Origin: Thermoproteota archaeon
GTDB lineage: Archaea; Thermoproteota; Nitrososphaeria; Nitrososphaerales; Nitrososphaeraceae
Length of the DNA stretch: 64,000 nt
NCBI GenBank assembly: GCA_046729135.1
Contig: JBKPGB010000078.1
Span: 20,086-84,085, forward strand
Reading direction: 5' to 3'
Below, piece by piece: positions 38,750 through 48,742 of this stretch. The position numbers were made by a program, and so were the translations under genes. Position 1 is the stretch's first letter. Each line of letters starts with the position of its first letter. The notes under the pieces are model-generated. The model did no database searches, was not told the DNA's origin, and was given only the letters and a program-made list of their open reading frames with translations.

Positions 38750-39718
38750 ATGGTAGACCTGGTTTATGGACGCGGCATAACCGATCTAATACGTGAATTT
38801 CCTTTTTATTTAACTTTTTTTCGTAACATTATTGATATCAAATTATTTCATAAGAAAAGGACATTGTATGGTTCGGCAGACATAATCAATGTATGCAACC
38901 TACATTGTTCTCATTGTTATTGGTGGCTTAATCGGGAAGATGAAAATAATGAGCTCTCTCCAGAGGTTTGGAGATCGATAATAAGGAATACCTTCAAGAA
39001 ACAACATCTTCTTGGTGTAACGTTGGTGGGTGGCGAGCCAACCATGCGGCCCGAAGTTATTGATGTTTTCTGCCAAGAAATGCCTGGCAAGGTTTGTGTA
39101 GTAACAAACGGAACTTTTCCATTAAAACGGTTCGAGAATCTATATTTTTACTGGATATCACTAGACGGGACCGAAAAGGTACATGATAGTATAAGAGGTC
39201 AAGGTTCATATCAAAAGACGCGTAATACCATTTTGGAGTATATTTCCGGACCCCCACGAAAAGGAAAGCCAGTTTGGAAAGATATCTGGATAACAATGAC
39301 TATTAATTCTTTGAATTATCATACAGTCACGAATTTAGCCGAAGAATGGAAGGATAAAATCAATAAGATTGGCTTTCAGTTTCATACTCCATTCGTAAAA
39401 GGTGATCCATTATGGTTACCATTTGGAGAAACAAGAAGTGAAGTAGTAGATCGTATAATCTCCCTAAGGAAAAAATATCCAAATTATATCGTAAACACTG
39501 AGAAACAAATTGCATTAATGAAAGGAAACTGGGGAGGCAATGGAACGATACCAATCCAGTGTCCTTCTTGGGCAATACTTTCTTTGGATCATAAGGGCAG
39601 GATCAAGCAACCATGTTGTATTGGAAGTTCTGACGCAAAAGGACTAAAACCAATTTGCGAACAATGTGGACTTGGATGTTATTCCGTACTTGTTGCCCAG
39701 GGCATTAAGGGATTCTGA
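38750..39718 (+). CDS. Radical SAM protein with C-terminal Cys-rich (SPASM/twitch-like) region
   Basis: CNLHCSHC (CxxxCxxC), VGGEP, VVTNGT, ISLDG...HD.IRG; further Cys in CPSW...PCC...CEQCGLGC. Confidence 0.9.
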   Translation: MVDLVYGRGITDLIREFPFYLTFFRNIIDIKLFHKKRTLYGSADIINVCNLHCSHCYWWLNREDENNELSPEVWRSIIRNTFKKQHLLGVTLVGGEPTMRPEVIDVFCQEMPGKVCVVTNGTFPLKRFENLYFYWISLDGTEKVHDSIRGQGSYQKTRNTILEYISGPPRKGKPVWKDIWITMTINSLNYHTVTNLAEEWKDKINKIGFQFHTPFVKGDPLWLPFGETRSEVVDRIISLRKKYPNYIVNTEKQIALMKGNWGGNGTIPIQCPSWAILSLDHKGRIKQPCCIGSSDAKGLKPICEQCGLGCYSVLVAQGIKGF

Positions 39719-39868
39719 TCATCGTAACAACTCATCTGTTATGCGTTAACCTTGCAGAGCTGACTTTTTGAATAAATTCGAAGTGATTTCTGATGTGTTA
39801 TTAGTTTAAATAAGTATTCTTTTATGAACAATTAACGGTTGCCATTGGTCAGAGTATCCAGAAGAATT

Positions 39869-40033
39869 ATGCGCTTTAATTTGTCACATGACTATAAGGA
39901 TAACCATGAATCAATCGACATTAACAAGTTTGTGTATGGCAGAAAAATTAAGTATAGTTGCGAAAAATGCAACTCTTCATTTACGACATGGAAAGCTTTG
40001 CATGAACACAAAGTCGAAAATCATTCATACTAA
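39869..40033 (+). CDS. Small C2H2 zinc-finger protein
   Basis: YSCEKCNSSFTTWKALHEHKVENH (C-x2-C-x12-H-x4-H); start moved to ATG 39869. Confidence 0.8.
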   Translation: MRFNLSHDYKDNHESIDINKFVYGRKIKYSCEKCNSSFTTWKALHEHKVENHSY

Positions 40034-40047
40034 TGCAACAAAATTAA

Positions 40048-40386
40048 TTATTTAGTCAGAATCTTCGTTGTAGGGGGGTTCACGATTGAAGATTCAATTT
40101 CCTTTAACCTATCAAGGAATCCCTCGTTAGTACGAATCTCTTCATATGTGGAATCTGAGCGAAGTTTTTCTACTATTGCAACAATATCATCGTTCGTTAC
40201 TCCGTGTTTTTTATCGTATTCAATATATCGTAAAATCTTTACTATTCCTCCGTATTTATAATGCATCTTTTTTTGATATCTTGTCGCATCCGGAGATAGT
40301 CCCTTAACATGCTTTATGACTGTGTTTTCCATATGTTTAATATGCCAATCTTTCATCGGAAAATTATTTCGAGTCAAAAGGATCAA
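40048..40386 (-). CDS. Conserved hypothetical protein
   Basis: 112 aa ORF (MKDWHIKH...KYGG..KIL) convergent with the zinc-finger gene; start may be the internal Met. Confidence 0.65.
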   Translation of the reverse strand: MILLTRNNFPMKDWHIKHMENTVIKHVKGLSPDATRYQKKMHYKYGGIVKILRYIEYDKKHGVTNDDIVAIVEKLRSDSTYEEIRTNEGFLDRLKEIESSIVNPPTTKILTK

Positions 40387-40781
40387 TAATATTTGTATTA
40401 AGGGTTATATAATATATTATTATTTTCTGTATGCAAACCTGAATAAGCAGTGCTAATTATGCAATTATTATTCATAATTAGGTGAGCAAATTGTTTAGAG
40501 GACTGGTTTGAAATTTAAGACTACATCTACATCTGCAAAAAAGGGATGAATAATCTTATTACTAATAGGGATAACATTAAACATTTAAAACGTTTCATTG
40601 GTGACCATTTGCGTTACAGCCCAAGATGTAAAGGAACTCCACACAATATTGTACTTGATGATAATCATTATTTTCAATAAAAAACTATTATTGACGGCTT
40701 TTAGAAAGCTTATTCAAGAATACTAATTCATAATGGAGATAATGACCAAAACTAAAAAAAATTACTCATTCTTTTGTATAG

Positions 40782-41510
40782 TTGAGAAGACGTACATTTA
40801 ATATTCATTCATTTGCAAATAATTATGAAATATTGAGTACGAATGGTCACTTGCTTGCAAGACAATTTTTTTCTTCCAAGAACGCATCAAGCTATGACAA
40901 GATTGTCAAATTTACAACATTCTATAAAGACTCATTATGGAAGAAGGAGATGGTAGGATTTATAGACGGAAGAAATAAATTAATTCTTGATTTAGCATGT
41001 GGTACTGGTATACTTTCTTCATTCATTCGATATGAATCTACCCACTCTAGAATTGTTGGAACTGATCTTACATTTGAATATCTAAAACTTGCAAGAAATA
41101 GACAAAGCTATCTGCTTCTGACCAATTCCTTGGCAGAATTTCTTCCGTATAAAGACGATAGTTTTGATGTTATAATATCATCATATCTAGCTAAATACAC
41201 GGAGATATCCACTATGGTAAGGGAATATTGGCGCGTTTTAAAAAAGGGTGGAATCGTAATAATCCATGACTTTACATATCCAGAAAGTAGATTGATGAGA
41301 GTATTGTGGCATACTTATTTTCAAATCTTAAACCAGCTGGGAAGAGTAATAACCTCCTGGACAGATGTGTTTTCCAATCTAGACAAATTAATACAACTAA
41401 ATCCTTGGGTAAACAATCTCGTTAGTGAACTCGATGGGATTGGATTTAGATCTATATCAAAAAAGTACTACACTTGTGGCACCGCTGCGATTGTATGGGC
41501 GATAAAGTAA
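40782..41510 (+). CDS. UbiE/MenG-like class I SAM methyltransferase
   Basis: SYD......F..D..WK, ILDLACGTG, AE.LPY.D.SFD, RVLKKGG. Confidence 0.85.
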   Translation: MRRRTFNIHSFANNYEILSTNGHLLARQFFSSKNASSYDKIVKFTTFYKDSLWKKEMVGFIDGRNKLILDLACGTGILSSFIRYESTHSRIVGTDLTFEYLKLARNRQSYLLLTNSLAEFLPYKDDSFDVIISSYLAKYTEISTMVREYWRVLKKGGIVIIHDFTYPESRLMRVLWHTYFQILNQLGRVITSWTDVFSNLDKLIQLNPWVNNLVSELDGIGFRSISKKYYTCGTAAIVWAIK

Positions 41511-42220
41511 TGAAAGAACAAGTAACTAGGATTAATGAATGGTTTGTTCCACAGTTTGGTCCAATAAAATTTAGAATTTTAGTTGGCATGATGTTTCTTC
41601 CATATACCGGAATGAGTATTTCATTTTCAATAATAGGATCTTTGCTTGCGCCAACTATTGCATGGGATAGGCTTATTGCAATTATCATAATCTACTTTAG
41701 TGCTCTAGGTATTTCTGCGCACGCTGCAGACAGTATGGGTTCGAAAAAAAATAAACCGTGGGGAGATTATTTTTCGAATGTCGAATTATTGATAATGCTC
41801 ATATCTGGTTTGGTTACAGCCTACACGATTGGTACATATTACATAATATTTTTCGTACCATTATTACTACCAATAGCAATTTTGGAGGGTTTCTTCCTAT
41901 TTGCATATAACTACGAATTATGGAATGGTTTTTTTCATAATAATATGTGGTTTGCGATATCTTGGGGCAGCATGCCACTGTTGGCAGGTTATATCATGCA
42001 GACAAATTCGCTAACCTATGTTCCCTTATTGTTAGCTCTGGTCGCTTTTGCAGTCTCATATCTTGAGATAAAACTTTCGCGAAAATATAAAAAGTTCAAA
42101 CAAACCAATGACATGAGTAGATCTAAAGAGCTAGAATTCAGATTAAAGATAATAAGCATAAGCACCATTTTATTCTCAGTTACGTTCTTGCTTTTTCGCG
42201 CGCTCCAGATCACTTTTTAA
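41510..42220 (+). CDS. UbiA/MenA-superfamily-like polytopic membrane protein
   Basis: About 7-8 TM helices; AHAAD at the NDxxD-equivalent position; FAISWG..P.LAGY.MQ resembles MenA; TAATG stop/start coupling with the methyltransferase. Confidence 0.55.
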   Translation: MKEQVTRINEWFVPQFGPIKFRILVGMMFLPYTGMSISFSIIGSLLAPTIAWDRLIAIIIIYFSALGISAHAADSMGSKKNKPWGDYFSNVELLIMLISGLVTAYTIGTYYIIFFVPLLLPIAILEGFFLFAYNYELWNGFFHNNMWFAISWGSMPLLAGYIMQTNSLTYVPLLLALVAFAVSYLEIKLSRKYKKFKQTNDMSRSKELEFRLKIISISTILFSVTFLLFRALQITF

Positions 42221-42244
42221 TTTTCAACTTCGTTATCAACTACA

Positions 42245-42742
42245 ATGCATAGAGTCTACAGTGTCAAAAATCATCATCCTTTAACAATTAATGATATATC
42301 CAAGCTAGAAGCAATTTCAAATAAAAAATTTGATCTTTCTCAAAAATTACTCTTGATTGATTTAGGAAATACTCAACATCTTTTAGAGGTAATGAATAAC
42401 ACAGAAACAAAAATAAGAGTCTTAGAGCAGTTTGAAGAAAAAAAAATAATTAAGCGCAAGTCGTGTATAATTTCTTCAACAAATAATATTTTGGCTTATG
42501 CAAATTCAAAAATATATTGTAAAAAAATGCCACTTCAGGTATTGGATGAAATACGAGAACGTAGAAATGGTATTGGCAAAATACTGCTTTACCATAGATT
42601 GGAGATATTTAAGAAAATCACCGAGATAGGATATGTTTCAGAGTTACATATTTTTAAAAACTACTCACTATATCATAAGGAACATCTAATTTGTAGGATA
42701 AATGAAATCTTTCCTATGAAGGTAAATAAAACTATTACTTAA
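42245..42742 (+). CDS. Chorismate pyruvate-lyase-like (UbiC/DUF98 fold) protein
   Basis: G.T..LLE, KIRVL.Q, GIGKIL...RLE, I.EIFP pattern. Confidence 0.6.
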   Translation: MHRVYSVKNHHPLTINDISKLEAISNKKFDLSQKLLLIDLGNTQHLLEVMNNTETKIRVLEQFEEKKIIKRKSCIISSTNNILAYANSKIYCKKMPLQVLDEIRERRNGIGKILLYHRLEIFKKITEIGYVSELHIFKNYSLYHKEHLICRINEIFPMKVNKTIT

Positions 42743-43007
42743 CGGATTGTATTCGGTTTTACGATAACTGATCATTTGGCGCCAGAGAATGTATCCAATT
42801 TTCATATTTTGTAGTTAAAAAGCCTTATATCTGCCCGTCATGATGGGACAACTTATTGTCATTCAATAAATTTTTTTATTTTTTTTACTTACCAATTTTT
42901 AATAACAATTTCTTCCTGTTATCAAAAACTTTTTGCATGAAAAAATAGGATCCACAAATGGTAAAAACTATTTTCAAATCATAAATACAAATGTGTTGTA
43001 ATAAGAA

Positions 43008-44411
43008 TTGGTAGAGTCTAATTCATTGAAATCAAAAAAAATCAGAAAATTTGATCTTATAGTCGTCGGGAGTGGTGCTGGTTTGGAGGTTGCCAGCGCA
43101 GCGGCGCAAAGTGGTATGAAAGTTGCAATTGTTGAAAAGAGCAGAATGGGTGGAACATGCCTAAATAGGGGATGTATCCCTTCCAAACTTCTAATACACA
43201 GTGCAGATGTAGCTGAGATATTAAAGACAGCAGACCTTTTCGGTATTCATGTTGAAAAGTTTTCTATTGATTTTCAAAATATAGTAGATAGAGTAAACGG
43301 TATAATCGATTCAGATTCAGACGATATAAGAAAGGCCTTTAGTAATTCAGAAAATCCGAAACTGTTCCTGTCAGAGTGCAAGTTTGTTGATGAAAAAACG
43401 CTGTTGGTAGGTGGAGAGACAATAACCTCCAATCTTATCCTAATTGCTGCTGGTTCTAGACCTGCAATACCTAAAATGGACGGATTGGAAATAACCAACT
43501 ATGTTACAAGTGATGAAGCTCTTCGCCTTGATAGACAACCTCGAGTATTAACAATTATCGGTGGAGGATATATCGCAGCTGAGCTTGGTCATTTTTTCGG
43601 ATCACTTGGAACAAAGATCAACATAATTCAGAAGCACAAATATCTGATACCTAGTGAAGATCGTGAAATCTCAAATAAATTCACAGAAATTTTCTCTAGA
43701 AAATACAATGTGTACTTGCAATGTATCCCGGAACTAGTAACAAAGAAAAATGGCAATTTTGTGGTTTCTGCAAAGAGATCTGGGGCCACCAAATATTTGG
43801 AAATTGAATCTGATCAAGTTTTATTAGCAACTGGACGTGTTCCAAATTCTGATACCCTTAATTTATCAAAGACAGGAGTTGAGGTGGATGAAGATGGATA
43901 CATCAAGGTAGATAAAACTCTTGAAACCAGTGTTGAAGGCATCTTTGCATTAGGCGATATAATTGGTCGCTATGAGTTCAGACACAGTGCAAATTTGGAA
44001 GCTCAGTATGCATTTTACAACTTACTAAATCACAAGAAAAAAATTCCAGTAGATTACAGTGCAATGCCTCATGCAATTTTTAGTTCCCCTCAGGTCGCAG
44101 GAGTCGGATATACAGAACAGGAATTAAAAAGGAGAAGTAAAAAGGAATACGTCAAATCAATTTACCGCTATATCGATACTGCAATGGGGAAAGCATTAGA
44201 AGATAGAGAGGGCTTTGTGAAATTATTAGTTAGCAAAGAAAACAGAAAAATTCTTGGGTGTCATATTATTGGAAGTCAAGCATCTGTACTTATTCATGAA
44301 GTTCTTGTGGCAATCAAAAGCGGAGATGGAACTATTGACAACATTGCAAAGACGGTCCATGTTCATCCAGCACTTTCAGAAGTGATTGTAAGAGCAGCAG
44401 TTACAATGTGA
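43008..44411 (+). CDS. Pyridine nucleotide-disulfide oxidoreductase (dihydrolipoamide dehydrogenase / mycothione reductase-like)
   Basis: GSGAG, GGTCLNRGCIPSK redox disulfide, GGGYIAAE, ATGRVPN, HVHPALSE. Confidence 0.9.
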   Translation: MVESNSLKSKKIRKFDLIVVGSGAGLEVASAAAQSGMKVAIVEKSRMGGTCLNRGCIPSKLLIHSADVAEILKTADLFGIHVEKFSIDFQNIVDRVNGIIDSDSDDIRKAFSNSENPKLFLSECKFVDEKTLLVGGETITSNLILIAAGSRPAIPKMDGLEITNYVTSDEALRLDRQPRVLTIIGGGYIAAELGHFFGSLGTKINIIQKHKYLIPSEDREISNKFTEIFSRKYNVYLQCIPELVTKKNGNFVVSAKRSGATKYLEIESDQVLLATGRVPNSDTLNLSKTGVEVDEDGYIKVDKTLETSVEGIFALGDIIGRYEFRHSANLEAQYAFYNLLNHKKKIPVDYSAMPHAIFSSPQVAGVGYTEQELKRRSKKEYVKSIYRYIDTAMGKALEDREGFVKLLVSKENRKILGCHIIGSQASVLIHEVLVAIKSGDGTIDNIAKTVHVHPALSEVIVRAAVTM

Positions 44412-44654
44412 AGCGATGCCGGACAAGTTCAACCAATTGCTAGGTTTTAAAAATTTGAAATTGATATAACAGTAAAAAGCTGAAAGTACTGCTTTTAGTG
44501 CAGCGTTACTTTATTTTTAAACGATCACTCATTTTCAATATCATTATGATTCCTATAGAAGTACGGTAGGTGACTTATTCAAATCATAATTTAAATTGCC
44601 AATGTGGATAGAATTTGGAAAAATACTTTTTAATTTGTACTCTAAAGTAGACAT

Positions 44655-44830
44655 GTGATAGAAAAATTCAAAAAAACCAAAGAAATATGTTTCAAAGGTT
44701 CAGAAAAACTAAAGTATGTCGCTGTTGGTGGAGCAAACGCTGTAGCAATGACTATATTTTATTCCATGCTGCTATTGTAAGTGTTCCATATTTTTTATAT
44801 CCCTAGTTGGAGGCGCTTTGTTACTTACTA
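44655..44830 (+). pseudogene. Possible GtrA-like remnant
   Basis: Frame from GTG 44655 reads ...KLKYVAVGGANAVAMTIFYSMLLL*VFHIFYIPS, resembling the first TM of GtrA proteins; in-frame TAA at 44778-44780. Confidence 0.3.
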
Positions 44831-44909
44831 CCTAATCATACTAAAAATAATTGTATATTTATTGCTATATCTTGGAAACATTATTAATATATCTCTCCGT
44901 TACATAAAT

Positions 44910-45098
44910 GTGACAAAGCAAATTAAGCTCAGGAGACGTCAAACCCAAAATGATGAAGGCAGCGCCAAGAAAAATCAAAATGGAACAGCTGGTATGAACT
45001 CGCTTGATGAGGAATCTGAGTTATTAAAAAGAAAGTTGGAAGAGGAGAAGGCACGAAAAAGGACAAGGGGACCATATAGGAAAAGTCATATGAATTAG
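44910..45098 (+). CDS. Small basic protein ending RKRTRGPYRKSH
   Basis: In-frame GTG at 44910 preferred over 44781; charged helix and basic RGPYRK tail. Confidence 0.6.
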   Translation: MTKQIKLRRRQTQNDEGSAKKNQNGTAGMNSLDEESELLKRKLEEEKARKRTRGPYRKSHMN

Positions 45099-45226
45099 TA
45101 TGTAATTTAATACATTTTGATTTATGCATTTTTATTTAGTGAAGTTCTTTAAAAATAGATCCACCATTAAGATTTATACTAGATCAATTAATGGAATAAT
45201 AACTTAGTAACGTACGTTATATCATG

Positions 45227-45646
45227 TCAGAAAGTATTTTTTTTCTTTATTGGCTTTGCGAATGAGAGCAGGTATCCATCTGGGTCACGTATGTGGAAAT
45301 ACCTCTCGCCCCATGAAGCATTTGATGGTTCATTTTCGAAAAATATTATTTGTGAAATGACTTGATTGTTCTTAAAATAAGAATATAATTTGTCAACGTC
45401 CTCTGTGTGAAGAATTATTTTTCCAATATTTTTTGTTTCACCCTCTGGGCTATTTGTGGATGTTTTAAACAATTCCAGGTTAAAATAGACAGATGTATTA
45501 TCGCCAATTTCGTATGAAGTAAAGGGATCAGGAGGAGATCCGCCATAGACCAGATTAAAACCTGGTATTTTAGAATAAAAATTACAAGATTTTTCCATAT
45601 CTTTGATTAATAATGTTACTGCAGAGATTTTATACACTTTCATCAT
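45227..45646 (-). CDS. VOC/glyoxalase family protein
   Basis: VTL.IKDMEKS..FY, L.TEDVD..Y, P....WGERYFHIRDPDGY.L.F. Confidence 0.92.
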   Translation of the reverse strand: MMKVYKISAVTLLIKDMEKSCNFYSKIPGFNLVYGGSPPDPFTSYEIGDNTSVYFNLELFKTSTNSPEGETKNIGKIILHTEDVDKLYSYFKNNQVISQIIFFENEPSNASWGERYFHIRDPDGYLLSFAKPIKKKNTF

Positions 45647-45857
45647 ATTAACAGATCATTCTAAGCATCAATTTGTCATTATTAAGAATTTCTTTTCATG
45701 GTAACAAAAAAGATTTAATAATGCAAAGTTCCGATGCAAGGAAAGATTTGCTTTTGCAAGATTATACTAACATTGGCTCGCTCATGGTTTCTGTTAATGA
45801 TATTCGGGCCTTCACAGATATACCTTCGGAGAAACATTTGTCTATTAGGAGTCCACA

Positions 45858-47006
45858 TCAAGCTGATGAGGGTGCTATTGAAGAATTCATCCTCTTACCA
45901 GAATTCTTAAACAAGTATAATTTGCTATATTTTATGCCCATTATGGCTTCTTTCCCAATAATTAGATTATCTATTCTGGAGGCTACATTAGATATTTTTA
46001 GCGAGTTTTGACCTAGTTTTACTTCTGCTATTGAGTCATCACCAAGCAGTTCGATAAATGTTACCTCTCCCTTTACCTTAAAACCATCGAATTCTTCATC
46101 CTTTCTCAACACAGTGATGTCTTTCGGTCTTATGCCTAGGATAATGGTTTCGTCCCAAGTATTGGATATACTTGCTGACAGTACGTCGGGAACTTTTATC
46201 ATGAATTTATTGTCATGTTCGTGAGTACTGCCAGTTACTAGTTTGAGAAACATAGATTTATCTCTAACTATCTCGAATTCCAAGAAATTCATAGGAGGAA
46301 TGCCTATAAAACCCGCTACAAATTGATTGGCAGGCTCATTGTATACTTTTTGTGGAGTATCAAGCTGAAGTAGTTTTCCGGCATCCATGATCCCAATATT
46401 GTCGGCCATGCTCATTGCTTCAATCTGGTCATGCGTGATGTATAGCGTAGTGATCCCTACTTTTTTCTGCAACTTCTTTATCTCAACTCTCATATCTGTA
46501 CGTAATTTGGCATCAAGGTTGCTTAGAGGTTCGTCCATCAAAAAGATTTTTGGTTCCCGGACGAGGGCCCTACCTAGTGCCACTCTCTGCATTTGACCTC
46601 CGCTAATCTCCTTAGGCTTCCTATTGAGTAGATTACTTATATTAAGAAGATTTGCAATGTTTTGGACTCTTTCTTTTATCTGATTTCTTTCAGTCTTTCT
46701 CATCTTTAATGGAAAAGCAATATTTTCATAGACGTTCATATGGGGATAAAGAGAATAATTTTGAAATACCATGGCTACATCACGATCTTTTGGTGGAAGT
46801 TTATTCACTAATTCATCTCCGATATAGATCTCTCCACTAGTGATGCCGGTCAGACCAGCAATACATCTTAATACCGTAGTCTTTCCACACCCAGAAGGAC
46901 CAAGAAGTACCATAAACTGACCTGAGTGAATTTCTAAGGAAAAATTTTCTAATGCAGTTAAATTTCCATATCTCTTAGTTAGATTTCTTATGCTGAGTGT
47001 TGTCAA
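45858..47006 (-). CDS. Carbohydrate ABC transporter ATP-binding protein (MalK-like)
   Basis: GPSGCGKT, VFQNY.LYPHM, ISGGQ.QRVA, DEPLSNLD, YITHDQ.EAM; TOBE C-terminus. Confidence 0.95.
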   Translation of the reverse strand: MTTLSIRNLTKRYGNLTALENFSLEIHSGQFMVLLGPSGCGKTTVLRCIAGLTGITSGEIYIGDELVNKLPPKDRDVAMVFQNYSLYPHMNVYENIAFPLKMRKTERNQIKERVQNIANLLNISNLLNRKPKEISGGQMQRVALGRALVREPKIFLMDEPLSNLDAKLRTDMRVEIKKLQKKVGITTLYITHDQIEAMSMADNIGIMDAGKLLQLDTPQKVYNEPANQFVAGFIGIPPMNFLEFEIVRDKSMFLKLVTGSTHEHDNKFMIKVPDVLSASISNTWDETIILGIRPKDITVLRKDEEFDGFKVKGEVTFIELLGDDSIAEVKLGQNSLKISNVASRIDNLIIGKEAIMGIKYSKLYLFKNSGKRMNSSIAPSSA

Positions 47007-47291
47007 AATAATCCGCTTCTACTTGAATTGTTTTCATTTTCATATCATATTAATTTTAATTTCTCATACTTTAACTCATAATTGATATTGGTTTGGTTGC
47101 AATATCCTGAAATTAAATATGAATCACTGAATAACAATCGATCATTGTGGTGACTGCATGTATTCATTGTAATGATTCTTCAAGCTTTTAGAAGTTTTAT
47201 ATTAACAGTGTGGTAAGATATAGGATTCAATAACAAGTGAGGCTACACAAATTGGCCAATACTTAAAAGCATTACATTCTAAATATGAACA

Positions 47292-48695
47292 ATGAGCAAT
47301 TCTAATTCTCTCGGAGACTATCCTCGTGTTACAAAGAAGGAATCTTCCACAATTACGCCTCACGAATACATCTTTAAGGATTTTAAACTCATCTTCATAA
47401 TTGCTTTAGTATCTCTTGTTTTGATTGCGCCGAGCTTGACACCATTTACAATGGTGCAAGCGCAACAACCTAAACAGGTTACACTAACAGCTATAGTGGC
47501 AGAGCCAAAGGAAAGGTGGGATAGTTTGTTTGCTGATGCGTTAACAAAACTACGAGAAAGACATCCAGATATGAGGATAGATATTGACTATCGGGTGTTA
47601 CCATACGCGGATACAAGAAAACAGATTCTGACTGCAATGGCAGGAAGAACCCCAGTTGATCTTATTTCAGTTGATCAGATATGGCTTGGTGAATTTGCTG
47701 AAGGAAAGTTTCTTTCAGATCTATCAAATTTGACACAGTCGTGGAACAGATCCTCTGAATGGTTCAAAACTAATTGGGATGGAGGTATCTATAATGGTAA
47801 AGTATATGGAATTTGGGCATGGACTGATGTAAGGGCTATGTGGTATTGGAAGGATTTATTAAATAAAAGTGGTGTGAGCCCTGACTCTCTGAGAACATGG
47901 AATGGCTACATTGAAGCTGCTAAGAAGATAGAAAATTCGACTAAAGATAAGGGAGTTCAAGCAATGCACCTTGTCGGTGCTAGCCACTCTCCGGATATGT
48001 GGTACCCCTATCTATGGATGCTTGGTGGTGAAATAGTCAAACAAAAAAGCGGACATCCACAGAAGGGAACCTACTGGTTTCCTGCTTACAACAGTACACA
48101 AGGTGTGCAAGCTCTTGAGTTTTTGAGGGATCAAGTAAAGGCGGGTATAAAACCCCAGATAAATCACTTCTGGGGTAAGGAGTTTGCAGACAAGAAATTT
48201 GCAGTGATGTTGGAAGGTTCTTGGTTACTAGGACATTTTCCCCGTAATGAATCGAAGAATTTTGATAAGAGTGTTGGTATGATTCCCATGTTTCCAGTTC
48301 CAAAAGAAGGTGACACTAGTGCCACAATGATGGGCGGATGGATGCTCAGTATTCCTGAAACTTCTACAAATAAAGCTCTTTCTTGGGAATTGCTCACGAT
48401 AATGCTACAGCCAGATGTGCTTGCACCCATGTTAGCGAATTATGCATATCTTCCTACTCAAAAACCAATAGCCGAAGGGACATATTCGACTCAGCTTAAT
48501 TCTACAATACCATATTATAAAGAGCTCATATCCATGCTAGCTATTGGGCATAGTAGACCGAGCATTGCAGAATACCCACAGCTAGCCGACAACATCAGAC
48601 AGGCCATTGATGAAGTTTATCTCGGTACGAAGGAACCAAAACAAGCACTAGACGATGCTGCTAAAAAATCTGCAGAAGTACTTGGTTGGTCTTAG
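47292..48695 (+). CDS. Carbohydrate ABC transporter substrate-binding protein (family 1)
   Basis: TM anchor; PVDLISVDQIWL.EFA, YG......D...MWY.KD, GGW.LSI, RP....YPQ. Confidence 0.88.
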   Translation: MSNSNSLGDYPRVTKKESSTITPHEYIFKDFKLIFIIALVSLVLIAPSLTPFTMVQAQQPKQVTLTAIVAEPKERWDSLFADALTKLRERHPDMRIDIDYRVLPYADTRKQILTAMAGRTPVDLISVDQIWLGEFAEGKFLSDLSNLTQSWNRSSEWFKTNWDGGIYNGKVYGIWAWTDVRAMWYWKDLLNKSGVSPDSLRTWNGYIEAAKKIENSTKDKGVQAMHLVGASHSPDMWYPYLWMLGGEIVKQKSGHPQKGTYWFPAYNSTQGVQALEFLRDQVKAGIKPQINHFWGKEFADKKFAVMLEGSWLLGHFPRNESKNFDKSVGMIPMFPVPKEGDTSATMMGGWMLSIPETSTNKALSWELLTIMLQPDVLAPMLANYAYLPTQKPIAEGTYSTQLNSTIPYYKELISMLAIGHSRPSIAEYPQLADNIRQAIDEVYLGTKEPKQALDDAAKKSAEVLGWS

Positions 48696-48742
48696 CTGCC
48701 AACTTCAAGTACAAGATCTTTTTATTCTAACCTCTTAATCGA

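Noticed and set aside
45673-46011. 112-aa plus-strand ORF
   Set aside because: Largely antisense to the MalK-like gene; no recognisable features.
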